The notes beneath the pieces were generated by a model. The model was not told the origin of the DNA. It saw nothing but the letters and a program-made list of their open reading frames with translations, and made no database searches. From an uncultured Gemmatimonadaceae bacterium (GTDB taxonomy: Bacteria > Gemmatimonadota > Gemmatimonadetes > Gemmatimonadales > Gemmatimonadaceae), in contig CAWJMB010000003.1 of assembly GCA_963843845.1 (NCBI GenBank), positions 32,001 through 96,000 of the forward strand: 64,000 nucleotides of DNA, written 5' to 3'. Positions 19,943 to 30,300 of this stretch are shown here, in pieces (the stretch's first letter is position 1; every line of letters starts with the position of its first letter). A program made the translations under genes and the position numbers.

Positions 19943-21205
19943 ATGGCAGGACTTCGACCCAACAAGGGAACCGCCCCTGCGACGGGCAAGGTGAAGCCAA
20001 CGCGCGCCGAACAGCTGATGTCGGCGACCCATGCGCTCGCCGTGGAGCAACTTCCTGATCTCGACACGATGACGGCGATCGAGGAGGTGCCACGGGCGTC
20101 TGGACGCACGAGGAACGGCCCGATAGACGTCGGACACGTCGAGCGGGGGGGGGGTTCGGCGGCGGCGAGCGGAGCCATGGAGGGCGGGTCGCCTCGCGAC
20201 CCGGCGAGCCAGGAAAGCGAGGATACGACGGGATCGGCCGCGTCTCGACCCGTCGACGCGCCCGACTCCGCCGGCTTTGTCGTCGCGGAGGCGCGGTCGA
20301 CGGTACACCTGGAAGTGCGCGACGTCGTGATCGCCGAGATCCTGCCGTCCCCATTCCAGCCGAAGGGGCGGCCGTCCAGTGCGGCCACGGAGAGCGTCCG
20401 GGCGGCGATCGAGGGCGCGGGATCGCTCGAGGCGCTCGTCGGGCCAGACGGCGCGACGCTGTTCCTGCGACTCACTCCGGAGGCCGCGCGGCTCGCGGAG
20501 CTCGCCTACGACGTCCAGGTGCACGGCCTGCGCGTCCCGGTCGACGTGCGGCGGCGCGACGACGGAACGCTCGAGTGCCTCTCCGGACACCGCCGCCTCG
20601 CCGCCGCGGCACTCGCAGGATTCCCACGGGTGCCGACGATCGATCGTGGCGCCATGTCGAACGCCGCCGCCGCGGCGACGGTGCTCCGCGGAAACTTGCA
20701 CCGGGAGAACTTCACGACGTGGCAGGAGGCGACGCTCGTCAGCGACGTGCAGGACCGCCGCCGCGCGGACGGATACCGCGACAATGTGCGATCGCTCGGC
20801 GCCGTCATGGGGTGGAGCCACGGGAAGGTGAACATGCTGCTCCGCATCCGGCGCAGTCTGTCGCCGACGCTGCTCGCCCGGGCGGGCGGTGGAGACGCGG
20901 CGCCGATCGAAGAACGGCTCGCCCGAACGGCCTACCGGGACCTCGAACGCCTCGCCGCGGAGTCGGACGACGATCGACGGCTCGGCGCACTCCGGCGGCT
21001 GTTGGGGATCGGCGATGTGGCGCCGTCCGCGCGGGAACGGCAGGTGTGCGTGCTACGGCCAAAACGCGGGGGAGGGTTCGTCATCGACGTGTCGACGCCC
21101 GTCGAGGCGCTCGAAGCGGGCGACGCGACGCTGCTTCGGGCGCACCTCGAGACACAGCTGACGCGCGTGAACGCACGGCTCGCGTCGCTGGGTCACGCCC
21201 TCTGA
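19943..21205 (+). CDS. parB: ParB/RepB/Spo0J family partition protein
   Basis: SPFQPK (box I-like), SGHRRLAA (box II), NLHRENF, HTH VRSLGAVMGWSHGKVNMLLRI. Confidence 0.9.
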   Translation: MAGLRPNKGTAPATGKVKPTRAEQLMSATHALAVEQLPDLDTMTAIEEVPRASGRTRNGPIDVGHVERGGGSAAASGAMEGGSPRDPASQESEDTTGSAASRPVDAPDSAGFVVAEARSTVHLEVRDVVIAEILPSPFQPKGRPSSAATESVRAAIEGAGSLEALVGPDGATLFLRLTPEAARLAELAYDVQVHGLRVPVDVRRRDDGTLECLSGHRRLAAAALAGFPRVPTIDRGAMSNAAAAATVLRGNLHRENFTTWQEATLVSDVQDRRRADGYRDNVRSLGAVMGWSHGKVNMLLRIRRSLSPTLLARAGGGDAAPIEERLARTAYRDLERLAAESDDDRRLGALRRLLGIGDVAPSARERQVCVLRPKRGGGFVIDVSTPVEALEAGDATLLRAHLETQLTRVNARLASLGHAL

Positions 21206-21249
21206 CCGCGGCACGGCACGACGCAATCGCCCCTACGGCGATCCATCGG

Positions 21250-23196
21250 TCACGGCGGCGGTCCCGACTCCAGTAGGTCGACCGACATGGTGGATGCAGC
21301 CGGTGCAGCCGATGCAGCCGGTGCACCCGACGCGACCGGTGCACCCGACGCGACCGGCCCGTCGAGGTCCCGTTCGCGGGCGAGCCACTGCGTCGGCGAG
21401 AGGATGAGCACCTCGCGCACGGCCCCGCCGGAGCGGGAGGCGGCGGCCACGGTCAACGCCGGCGATTCGCGTCCGAGGCGGTTGGCCTCTCCCTCGAAAC
21501 GGGCGACGACGATGAGCGTTCCGTCGGTCGTTCGAACGGGTCGCGCGTGCTCCAGATACTCGCGCGGGAGCGCGTGCAGTGACGGCGTGACGTCGGCGAC
21601 GACCTGCGCCCACAGCGTGAGGAGCTGCGGAGACGGGTCCGGCAGCGGCGGGAAGGGAATCACGCGCTCCGAGACCCGACCGTCGTCCCCGGCGGAGTCG
21701 ATCGCCGTGCGACGCTCCGGCGTCGAGTACATCGTGTCCCGTTCATCGGCGCCCGCCGACGTCGACCCGCCAACGGTGGTCGACGCACGCAGGAGCGGCA
21801 CCCCGAGCTGCGAGCGCGCCTGTTCCGTTCTCTCCCGGAGCCACTCCTGGAAATCGACGTTGCTCTCGTATGACCACCCCTGCACGACGCCTTCCTCGAC
21901 GTACTTCGCGGCGTTCTGCACCGGGCGACCGCGGTCGCGACGGTAGAGCACGACGGCGAGCATCTGGTAGACGCGCCCCGCTGACTGCGCGACCAGACGG
22001 GCGGCGGTCGCCGGCGCGACGTCGAACGAGGCGAGCAACATGCGCTGCACGCGCTGCTCGGTCAGGTCGAGCGTGCCGACGCCGCGAAGCCACCCTGCGA
22101 CCTTGAGCCGCAGACCGGGCGTCAGGTAGAGCGCATGCTGGCCGCGACGGACACTGACCGCCTCGGCGCCGGCGAGGATGTCGTGCGCTTCGAGCTCGCG
22201 CGCGGCCCGCATCAGATCGTCGCGGATCTCCGCCGGCTTGCGCTCGGCCATTCCGCACAGTTGGCGAAGGGTGCTGACGTCGAAGCGCAGCGCCGCCTGG
22301 CGCGCGGTCGCGAGCGCGACGAGCTGGTACAGCCGCTTCGCGACAGGGTTGAGCTCGGCGTGTGTCCGGCAGTCGATCCAGCCCACCCACCCGTGCTCGC
22401 CCTGCATGAGCAACGTCGGATTGATCCGCAACTTCGAGATCCAGCTCTCCCCGGTCGCGCGGCGATAGAAGTCGCGACGCCACTCATAGGCGAGCAGGTA
22501 GTCGACCGACTCGACTTCTGGCACCCACGTCCCGCCGCCCTGCGTGGCGAGCGCTGCTTCGAGCACGTTCTTCGACCCAGACGCCCGACGGTGGCGCGAC
22601 ACAGGCGCCTTAATGTTCGGTCGCGCGAGCGACGAGAGGGTGGCGATGGCGTTTCCGGGATTCAGGACGACGGGTTCGAGATGTGCCGGTGCCTCGTCGA
22701 CTCGGCGAAGGCGCGTGCCAGCGATGCGAACGAAGGACAACCGGGAAAGTGCTGCCCTGACACGCTCGTATTGCTGTCCCGATGGTGACAAGCCCAAGAT
22801 GGCAAGGATTTGGCTTGCGCTGGGAGCGGCGAACTCTCCGGTCGTCGCATTGACACGCGGGCGGCCACTGTCCGCGTCGACCCCGTCGGCGAGGGCGAGC
22901 ACGGCGAGCAACACGTCGCCGTCCGAGCCGTAGGGAAGCCCGAGCTTGGGATGCCCACTGATCTCGTAGAGCATGACGCGACCGGCGGCCGCCGACTCGG
23001 TGATGACCACCTGCGTTCGCCACGCGCTCTCCGGGAGCGTGCCGTCGACATCCGCCTTCGGCAGCTTCACGGCCGCTCGGAAGATCGGAAGCGCCAGCGC
23101 ACCGGCCGGCACCGGCTGCGGCAACGCCGACACCCCGGCGGCAGCGAGTAGCAGGTTGTGCTCGAGCGCGAGCGACGGCGTGTCCAAGACGGGCAT
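21250..23196 (-). CDS. plasmid-type replication initiator (RepA/RPA-like winged helix) with DnaA-N-like C-terminal region
   Basis: GLPYGSDGDVLLAVL, SASQILAILGLSPSGQQYERVRAALSRL, LNPVAKRLYQLV and LRQLCG patterns; adjacent to parAB; start codon uncertain (frame open to 23559). Confidence 0.7.
   Translation of the reverse strand: MPVLDTPSLALEHNLLLAAAGVSALPQPVPAGALALPIFRAAVKLPKADVDGTLPESAWRTQVVITESAAAGRVMLYEISGHPKLGLPYGSDGDVLLAVLALADGVDADSGRPRVNATTGEFAAPSASQILAILGLSPSGQQYERVRAALSRLSFVRIAGTRLRRVDEAPAHLEPVVLNPGNAIATLSSLARPNIKAPVSRHRRASGSKNVLEAALATQGGGTWVPEVESVDYLLAYEWRRDFYRRATGESWISKLRINPTLLMQGEHGWVGWIDCRTHAELNPVAKRLYQLVALATARQAALRFDVSTLRQLCGMAERKPAEIRDDLMRAARELEAHDILAGAEAVSVRRGQHALYLTPGLRLKVAGWLRGVGTLDLTEQRVQRMLLASFDVAPATAARLVAQSAGRVYQMLAVVLYRRDRGRPVQNAAKYVEEGVVQGWSYESNVDFQEWLRERTEQARSQLGVPLLRASTTVGGSTSAGADERDTMYSTPERRTAIDSAGDDGRVSERVIPFPPLPDPSPQLLTLWAQVVADVTPSLHALPREYLEHARPVRTTDGTLIVVARFEGEANRLGRESPALTVAAASRSGGAVREVLILSPTQWLARERDLDGPVASGAPVASGAPAASAAPAASTMSVDLLESGPPP
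21293..21359. repeat. in-frame 9/18-bp tandem repeat at the rep 3' end
   Basis: GATGCAGCCGGTGCAGCCGATGCAGCCGGTGCACCCGACGCGACCGGTGCACCCGACGCGACCGG encodes PVASGA/PAASAA repeats. Confidence 0.7.
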
Positions 23197-23444
23197 TCCT
23201 CGACGAGACGACCTTGCTGATCCGACTCCCTGACCACGGCGACGTGCACTGACCTGCCGGCACTGGCGCGGCCACGACGTCCACACGACCTCGGACTGGT
23301 GGTGCCCGGTGCGTCCCGCAAAGCTACCATCGGGCCTCGGAACATGCGGTTCCGGGGTGGGCTCGCGCCGCCGGCGTGAGCGCGGGTGCGGTGGCAGGTC
23401 CCGGACCCGGGAATGCGCGACGAGTCGGTGCGAGCCGTTGGGTC

Positions 23445-23482
23445 GTTGCTCTCTTCTTGAAAGAAGAAAAACCAACAACAAC
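23445..23482. other. AT-rich quasi-palindrome, candidate origin unwinding element
   Basis: GTTGCTCTCTTCTTGAAAGAAGAAAAACCAACAACAAC with TCTTCTT-GA-AAGAAGA core, between divergent rep and wHTH genes. Confidence 0.5.
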
Positions 23483-24049
23483 CTCTGCCGTGCCCGCCGC
23501 TCGATGTTCGACGCATCGACGCCGCGCGGACCGGATCGAGACAGGCAGAATCCTGGCAAGTCATGCTGAGCACGCGAGTTAGCGAGCGCCAGATCTGACC
23601 GTCCACGGCCGGGCGTCGGCGAGTTTTCCGCACGCGTGCGGGCACGGTGGTCCCTTCAGCGATCAGCCGTCGGCCCGGTCACCCCTCCGATCGTGAGCCG
23701 TCGTCGAGTCGCATCGACGGTCTGGTACCCTCAGGAATCACACCGAACGGTACGCGCCACCCGGTCGAGAGCGGCGCGCCAGGCGGGTCCGACTCGCGAC
23801 GTACTCTGTACGCAGCGAATTCCCGATCTCCGCAGCGCCGCCTCCGCCCCGGGTGTCAGCCGGCTACGACCCGGCGGGGTAGCCGGGTATGATCGTTGAG
23901 GGTACGTTGGTCGGGTGCGGCGTCCTCTCCCGAGCCGAGGCGAGGCGACCGACCAGGCTGTGATCGCTGAAGGGACCTTCTCCCGATGGCCGAGTTGACG
24001 TCTTGCGAGCGGGCGGGCGGGTGAGCGCGAGGTCGGCGCGGGCGGACGA

Positions 24050-25021
24050 ATGGCGCCGGTGAGCGCGCCGCGCGCGGCCGTCCCGGCACTCCGACTCGTC
24101 GCCGATCGGGAGCGGTTCGTCTCGATGCGCCGGCTACAAGCAGCGCTCGACGGTCTGACCTGGGCGCCGATCCAGCTCGCGACTCGTGTCGGTGCGCGCC
24201 CGATCAGCCCACGCCTGCCGCACGCGCTGGTGCTCGCGCTGGCGCTCGACGCGCGCGAGGACGGCACGGCGTCCGGCGATGTCGTTCCTGATGTCGGGCG
24301 GCTGGCGGCGCAGGTCGAGGCCGACCCGTCGACCGTGCGCGAGGCACTCGACGCGTTGCTGCACGCGAATGTCCTCGTCAGGGGCGACGATCGTGCGTCG
24401 CGCGCTCCGGACGTGCCGCCCGTGCGGATCGCGGCGGAACTCGTCGGAACGGCGCCTCGCGCCGCGCTCCTCGACTGGCGGTGGATCGCGACCGCCACTG
24501 TCGGCGCGCCGAGCGCGTGGGTCGCGGCGCACGCAGTCGCCGAGTGGATGGAGTCGGACGACAGCTGGGTGTCGATTCCGCGGGCGTTGCTGCAACCGCT
24601 CGTCGGTGCGGGCCTCGCTGGCGTGCGGAACGCCTTGGACGGGCTGATCGCTGCCGCGGTGCTCGAGCGCCGAGAGGTCGCCGGGCGGGCGAGTCACTAC
24701 CGCTTCACCTCGCGCGCGCGGGGCGTCGCCGGCGAGTCGGCGTCGGGAACGGTCGACTCCGTACCGCGTCGAGTCGCGGCGTCGACCGTTCGGCCGCCGG
24801 CAGGGGAGCCGGCGCCGCACGCGGCGCCGGCAGCGACGGCTTCGCCGCCCGCGACTGCCCACGGCGGCGCGACGCCGGTCGAGGTGACGATCGGCGGCGC
24901 GACCTTCGACGTGGCGCCAGGGACGCGGATCGCGCTGAACGCGCCGGGGATGGTCGTCGCGTTCGACGTCGGCGTGGACGGAAAGACGCGCGTGACGGTC
25001 GGCCGGCCGACCGACGCCTAA
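24050..25021 (+). CDS. hypothetical protein with two winged-HTH-like segments
   Basis: VGRLAAQVEADPSTVREALDALLHANVLVR and RALLQPLVGAGLAGVRNALDGLIAAAVLERREVAGRASHYRF. Confidence 0.6.
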   Translation: MAPVSAPRAAVPALRLVADRERFVSMRRLQAALDGLTWAPIQLATRVGARPISPRLPHALVLALALDAREDGTASGDVVPDVGRLAAQVEADPSTVREALDALLHANVLVRGDDRASRAPDVPPVRIAAELVGTAPRAALLDWRWIATATVGAPSAWVAAHAVAEWMESDDSWVSIPRALLQPLVGAGLAGVRNALDGLIAAAVLERREVAGRASHYRFTSRARGVAGESASGTVDSVPRRVAASTVRPPAGEPAPHAAPAATASPPATAHGGATPVEVTIGGATFDVAPGTRIALNAPGMVVAFDVGVDGKTRVTVGRPTDA

Positions 25022-25180
25022 CGGTCTCCGTCCGTTCCTGCGGCGCCGAACGGGGCGAGCCGTGACGACGTGAGCTTGACGCCACCGGCTCGCGTTCCCA
25101 ACTTCGCCGAGCCGCGCGCCCGTCGTCGCGCACCTCTCGATCCGCCGTCGCCGAGCGGACGTCTCTTTCAAGGCCCGGTC

Positions 25181-26152
25181 GTGCCGTCTCCCCTCCGTTT
25201 CCGGCTCCCCGAGCGGGTCGCGATCGCGACCCGCATGTTCGCGACGAGTGTGCTCGCGACGAGCGTACTCACGGCCTGCGCGTCCGCGCCGCCGACGCCT
25301 GGCGCGACACCCACGGCGACCGCCGCCACGCCCGGCGGCCGCGGGGCGTTAGGCATCCCGCCGTTCGCCGTCGCCGGTGCGGCGTCCGACAGCACGATCG
25401 CGCCGCTCTCGTTCGCGCTCGCCGACCTGTTGGCGACCGACCTCGCGCGCAGTCGCCGTCTCACGCTCGTCGAGCGGACGCGGCTCGGGGAGGTGCTGCG
25501 CGAGCTCGATCTCTCGGCCGCGGGACGCGTCGACTCGGCGTCGGCGCCGCGCGTCGGGCGGCTCATTCAGGCGCAGCAGCTCGTCGTCGGCAGCGTGTCG
25601 GTCCTTCCTGAGGGTGGGGGGCAGCAGATCCGGCTCGGCGTGCAGCTCGCCGACGTCGAGCGCGGCACGCTCGAGCGGGCGATCGACGCACGGGCGCCGC
25701 TCAACGACATCCTCGCCGCCGAGAAGGAGATCGCGTTCCGGTTGTTCGACGCGCTCGGGATCGTGCTGACGCCGGACGAGCGGGCGGCCGTCGCGCAGCG
25801 TCCGACGCGCGACCTCTCGGCGCTCGTCGCCTACGGGCGCGGGGTGCGGCTCGAGATCCTCGGCGATTACCGCGGCGCGGAAGACGCCTACCGCAGGGCG
25901 CGGCGCCTCGACCCCGGGTTCCAGGGGGCGTCCGTGCGCGCCAACGGGGTGCGACAGCTCGCGACGACCGGTGTGTCGAACCCGGTCATCGTTCCGGGCA
26001 TTCGCGCCGTCGACGCCACGGTCGGCTCGCTCATCGACCGTCTCAACCGGCCACTCGACCTGATCACATCGACGACGTCGTCCGGGCGAACGACCGACGC
26101 GGCGTTCCCGTCGACGGCGGCGACGGTCATCATCACGGTGACGCGCCCATGA
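25181..26152 (+). CDS. CsgG/HfaB-like lipoprotein with TPR-like C-terminal helices
   Basis: Lipobox LTAC; LADLLATDL, LTLVERTRLGEVLREL, APRVGRLIQAQQLVVGS; AEDAYRRARRLDPGF; start approximate. Confidence 0.72.
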   Translation: MPSPLRFRLPERVAIATRMFATSVLATSVLTACASAPPTPGATPTATAATPGGRGALGIPPFAVAGAASDSTIAPLSFALADLLATDLARSRRLTLVERTRLGEVLRELDLSAAGRVDSASAPRVGRLIQAQQLVVGSVSVLPEGGGQQIRLGVQLADVERGTLERAIDARAPLNDILAAEKEIAFRLFDALGIVLTPDERAAVAQRPTRDLSALVAYGRGVRLEILGDYRGAEDAYRRARRLDPGFQGASVRANGVRQLATTGVSNPVIVPGIRAVDATVGSLIDRLNRPLDLITSTTSSGRTTDAAFPSTAATVIITVTRP

Positions 26153-27366
26153 TCTCGCTTCGTCATGCCGCGGCGCTCGTCGCGCTGCTGCCGCTCGCGG
26201 CGCGCGCGGCTCGCGCGCAGGACCGCCTCCTCGGCTTCCGCGCGTTGGGCATCGCGCCGGTCGCGGAGGTGGTGCGGTTCGAGGGAGACGGGCTGATGCA
26301 GCCCGCGTTCGCCGGCCTCGACTCGCTGCGCATCCGCCGAGTGGAGCAGTTCACCGTGCCCGTGTCGCTCTCCGTGCCCGTCGGTGAGCTGTGGTCGGTC
26401 GACGTCACGTCGGTGTACGCGTCGGGACGCGTCGTCTACTCGCCGGCGCGCTCGGCGGTGACGCGCACCGCGTCGCTGAGCGGGGTGAGCGACGTGCGCG
26501 TGCGCGCGACCGGCCGGCTCGCCGGTGACGCGCTCGTGCTGACGCTCGGTGCGAACGCGCCGAGCGGGCAGACCAAGCTCGATCAGGAAGAGTTCACCGC
26601 GGCGCGCGTGCTCGCCGCACCGGCGCTCGGGCTCGGCGCGCCGCCGGTCGGCGCGGGAGGGAGCGCGACGCTCGGCCTGCTCTCGGCGCGGCGCATCGGC
26701 GCGTGGGCGATCGCCGGTGGCGTCTCGTACGAGCGGCACGCGCAGTACGCGCCGATCGGCGCGCTCGTCGCGGGGGCGTCGACGACGAACTTCCGGCCGG
26801 GCGACGTCGTCCACGTCTCGGTCGGCAGCGACGGACTCGTCGGGCGGCAGCGGCTCAGTCTCACGGTCGGCGTCGACGTGTTCGGCACCGACCGGCTGCG
26901 GCCGTCAGCCGCGAGCGCGACGACGCCGACGTTCGCACGCGTGCAGCTCGGCCCGGTCGTCAGCAGTGACGCGCAGCTCTCGCTGGCGGTTCCGCGCGTG
27001 CGCGAGGCGGTGCTCTGGGCGTCGAACCGGTGGCGCAGCCGCTTCTCGCGCGACGACATCACCGTCGAGGGATCGAGCGGCACGTACGTCGACGGCGGCT
27101 TCCGCACGCGGCTTCCGGCGACACGACGCACCGACGTGCTGCTCGCGGTCGACGGACGGTACCAGAGCGGGCTGTCGTTCGACGACGCGCTCATCACCGC
27201 CCGCGCGACGAGCGGCGGGCTCACGCTCGGCGTCGCGCAGCGGTTCGGGAACCTGACGCTGCAGCCGTTCGCGCGCGGGCAGATCGGGCAGGTCAATTCG
27301 GGTCGTGGCGCGACCGCTTCGATGGCCGGCGGCTCGCTCGGTCTCACGCTTCTCACGCGGTTCTGA
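26149..27366 (+). CDS. outer-membrane beta-barrel protein
   Basis: Signal peptide ARA-Q, alternating beta-strands, C-terminal LGLTLLTRF; overlaps both neighbours (ATGA and TGATG). Confidence 0.7.
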   Translation: MISLRHAAALVALLPLAARAARAQDRLLGFRALGIAPVAEVVRFEGDGLMQPAFAGLDSLRIRRVEQFTVPVSLSVPVGELWSVDVTSVYASGRVVYSPARSAVTRTASLSGVSDVRVRATGRLAGDALVLTLGANAPSGQTKLDQEEFTAARVLAAPALGLGAPPVGAGGSATLGLLSARRIGAWAIAGGVSYERHAQYAPIGALVAGASTTNFRPGDVVHVSVGSDGLVGRQRLSLTVGVDVFGTDRLRPSAASATTPTFARVQLGPVVSSDAQLSLAVPRVREAVLWASNRWRSRFSRDDITVEGSSGTYVDGGFRTRLPATRRTDVLLAVDGRYQSGLSFDDALITARATSGGLTLGVAQRFGNLTLQPFARGQIGQVNSGRGATASMAGGSLGLTLLTRF

Positions 27367-30300
27367 TGCATACGCGCTCCCTCTTCGGTTCTCAGCCGCG
27401 CGCGACGGATCGCGCGACGTCGCGCCGCAACGCGCTCGTCACGCTCGCGACGCTCGTCGCGCTCGGTGGACTGACAGGCTGCTCGACGCTCGATGACGCC
27501 GTGAGCCCCGGGCGGCGCGGCGACGCGGCCGCGCCGGCTCGTCTCGCGCTCTCCGCGGAGATCGGCTCGTACTCGCGCTCGTCGGCGGCGGCGACACCCG
27601 GCGTGCGGATCCAGCCCGCCTACATACGGAGCGACGAGTCGCGCGTGCCGCTCACGCCGCAGACCGTGACGCTCGACGGCGCGACGACGCAGCAGCTGCC
27701 GTTCACCGTCGACCTGTCGGTCTGCCTGAGCGACGCGCAGCGGAAGCGCGCCGCCGGGAGCGACGACGCCACCTGTCTCGTCGCCATCACCGTGACGCTG
27801 CTCGACGGGGACACGCCGGTCGACCAGCAGACGGTCGGGCCGCTCGCGCTGCGCGCCGGCGGCTCGACGGCGGTCAACGAGCCGATCCGGCTGTTCCAGA
27901 TCGGAACGGTTCGCGTGGCGCAGGCGAGCGGCGCGACGGGCCCGGCGCAGGTCGTGACCGGCGGCACGCTCGCACTCGCGACGACGCTGACGTCGACCAC
28001 CGGCCAGACGATCACGGGGCGCCCGATCACCTTCCAGAGCGACGCGCCGACCATCGCCCGTGTCGACCCGTCGACCGGCGTCGTCACGGGTCTCACCCCG
28101 GGACGGGCGCGGATCACCGCACTCGCCGGCACGACGAGCGGGGGCATCGACGTTACGGTCACGTTCCCGCCGTCGCAGATCACGGTCGGCGCCGGGACCG
28201 GTGCCGGAAGCGGCGTGGTGCGCTCGTCGCCGGCCGGGATCGACTGCCGCATCGTCGCCGGCGTCGCGTCCGGCACGTGCTCGGGGTCGTTCCCGAGTGA
28301 CGCCCAGGTCACGCTGACGGCGATCGCCGACGCGAACGCCGTGCTCGGCACGTTCGGCGGTGCGTGTGTCGGCGCGATCGGCGGGTCGTGCACGATCGAC
28401 GCGTCGCAGGCGCGCACGGTCTCGGTGTCGTTCGCCGCGCTCCGCCGGATCGCGGTGGCGGGGGTGGGCTCCGGCTCCGGGACCGTGACGGGGCCCGGGA
28501 TCGCATGCACGATCACCGACGGGGTCGCGAGCGGCACCTGCGCGGCGACGGCGCTCGACGGGACGGTCGTGACGCTGACGGCATCGCCGGCAGCGCGGCA
28601 GGTCTTCCAGGGCTTCACGGGTGCCTGCACGACGAGCGCGACCACGTGTACGGTGACGCTGACCGCCGACGCGAGCGTCGCGGCGCGGTTCGCGCCGCTG
28701 CAGGCGCTGTCGGTGTCGCTCGTCGGCGGCGGCGGCGGAAGTGTGACGATCAGCGTGCCGGCCGGGGCGGGGGAGAGCAGAACGTGCGTCCTGACGCCTG
28801 GCCGCGAGCCCACGCCGTGCCTCGTCGACGTGCCGCCAGGAACGGTCGTGACGCTGGCCGCGACCGCGGCGCCCGGCAGTACGTTCGACGGCTTCACCGG
28901 CGCGTGCGGCGGCACCGGAGCCTGTTCGGTGACGGTCGACGGCGCGGCGTCGGTCGCGGCGCGCTTCACTCCGCGAAGCCTGACGCTGTCGGTCACGGTC
29001 GGCGGCGCGGGCGCAGGGACGGTGTTCGTGAACGGCGCGGCCGCCTGTACGCTGACGGCCGGCACCGGCTCTCGCACGTGCACGCTGCCGATCAGTGGCA
29101 GTACGCCGCTCACGCTGACGGCGACGCCGGCGAACGGCTCGTCGTTCATCGGGTTCAGCGGCGCGTGCAGCGGCCAGGGATCGTGCACCATCACGCCGGC
29201 CGGCGACACCTCGGTCGGGGCGGCGTTCGCGCCGATCGGCATCGCGATCTCCGTGCAGGGGATGGCGGGCGCGCGTGGCGCCGGGGTGGTCACGAGCGCG
29301 CCGAGCGGCATCTCGTGCTCGGTCACCGGCTCGTCGGCGACCGGGGCGTGCGCGACGACCTTCCCGTTCGGCTCGACGGTCACGCTGAGTGCCTCGCCCG
29401 CCGCCGGGTCGACGTTCGTGCGGTGGGGAGGGGAGTGCGCGGCGGCGACCGGACCCACGTGCACGATCACGCTCTCGTCGACGATCTCGCCGCTCGTGAC
29501 CGTGGAGTTCGGCGTCGGCAACGTTCCGCTCGCCGTGGTGCGCGCCGGCACGGGGAGCGGCACCGTCGTCTCGTCGGACTCCGCCGGACGGATCAACTGT
29601 GGAGCGACCTGCACCGGGTCGTATCCGTTCGGTGCCACGGTCACGCTGTTCGCCACGCCGGCGAGTGGCAGCACGTTCGCCGGCTGGTCCGGGGGCGGGT
29701 GCAGCGGCATCGGCTCGTGCACGGTGACGCTCACGAGCGCCACGACGGTCACCGCGACCTTCACGCTGCAGTCGCGGACGCTCACCGTCGTGCGCGCCGG
29801 CGCGGGCACCGGTTCGGTGACGTCCTCACCAGCCGGGATCTCGTGCGGCGCGACGTGTGCCGCCCCCTTCACGTTCGGCACGACTGTCACGCTGACGGCG
29901 ACGCCGGCCGCGCCCGGAAACACGTTCACCGGGTGGTCGGGCGGCGGCTGCAGCGGTGTCGGTACGTGCACCGTGACGCTCACGAGCGACGTGACGGTCA
30001 CCGCGACGTTCGCGATCGCGACGGCCTCGATCACGGTGTCGACGACGGGTGCCGGCTCGGGAACGGTGACGTCGTCGCCGGTCGGGATCTCCTGCCCGAC
30101 CACGTGCTCGGCGAACTTCCAGATCGGAAGCACGGTCGTGCTGACGGCGACGCCGACGAACGGCAGCACGTTCGCGGGGTGGTCGGGGGCGTGCACCGGC
30201 GCGAGCACGTGTTCGATCGTCGTGCCGGCGGGCGGGGCGAACGTGTCCGCGCAGTTCACGCCGGCGACCGTGCCGCTCACCGTGAACCTGACGGGCACCG

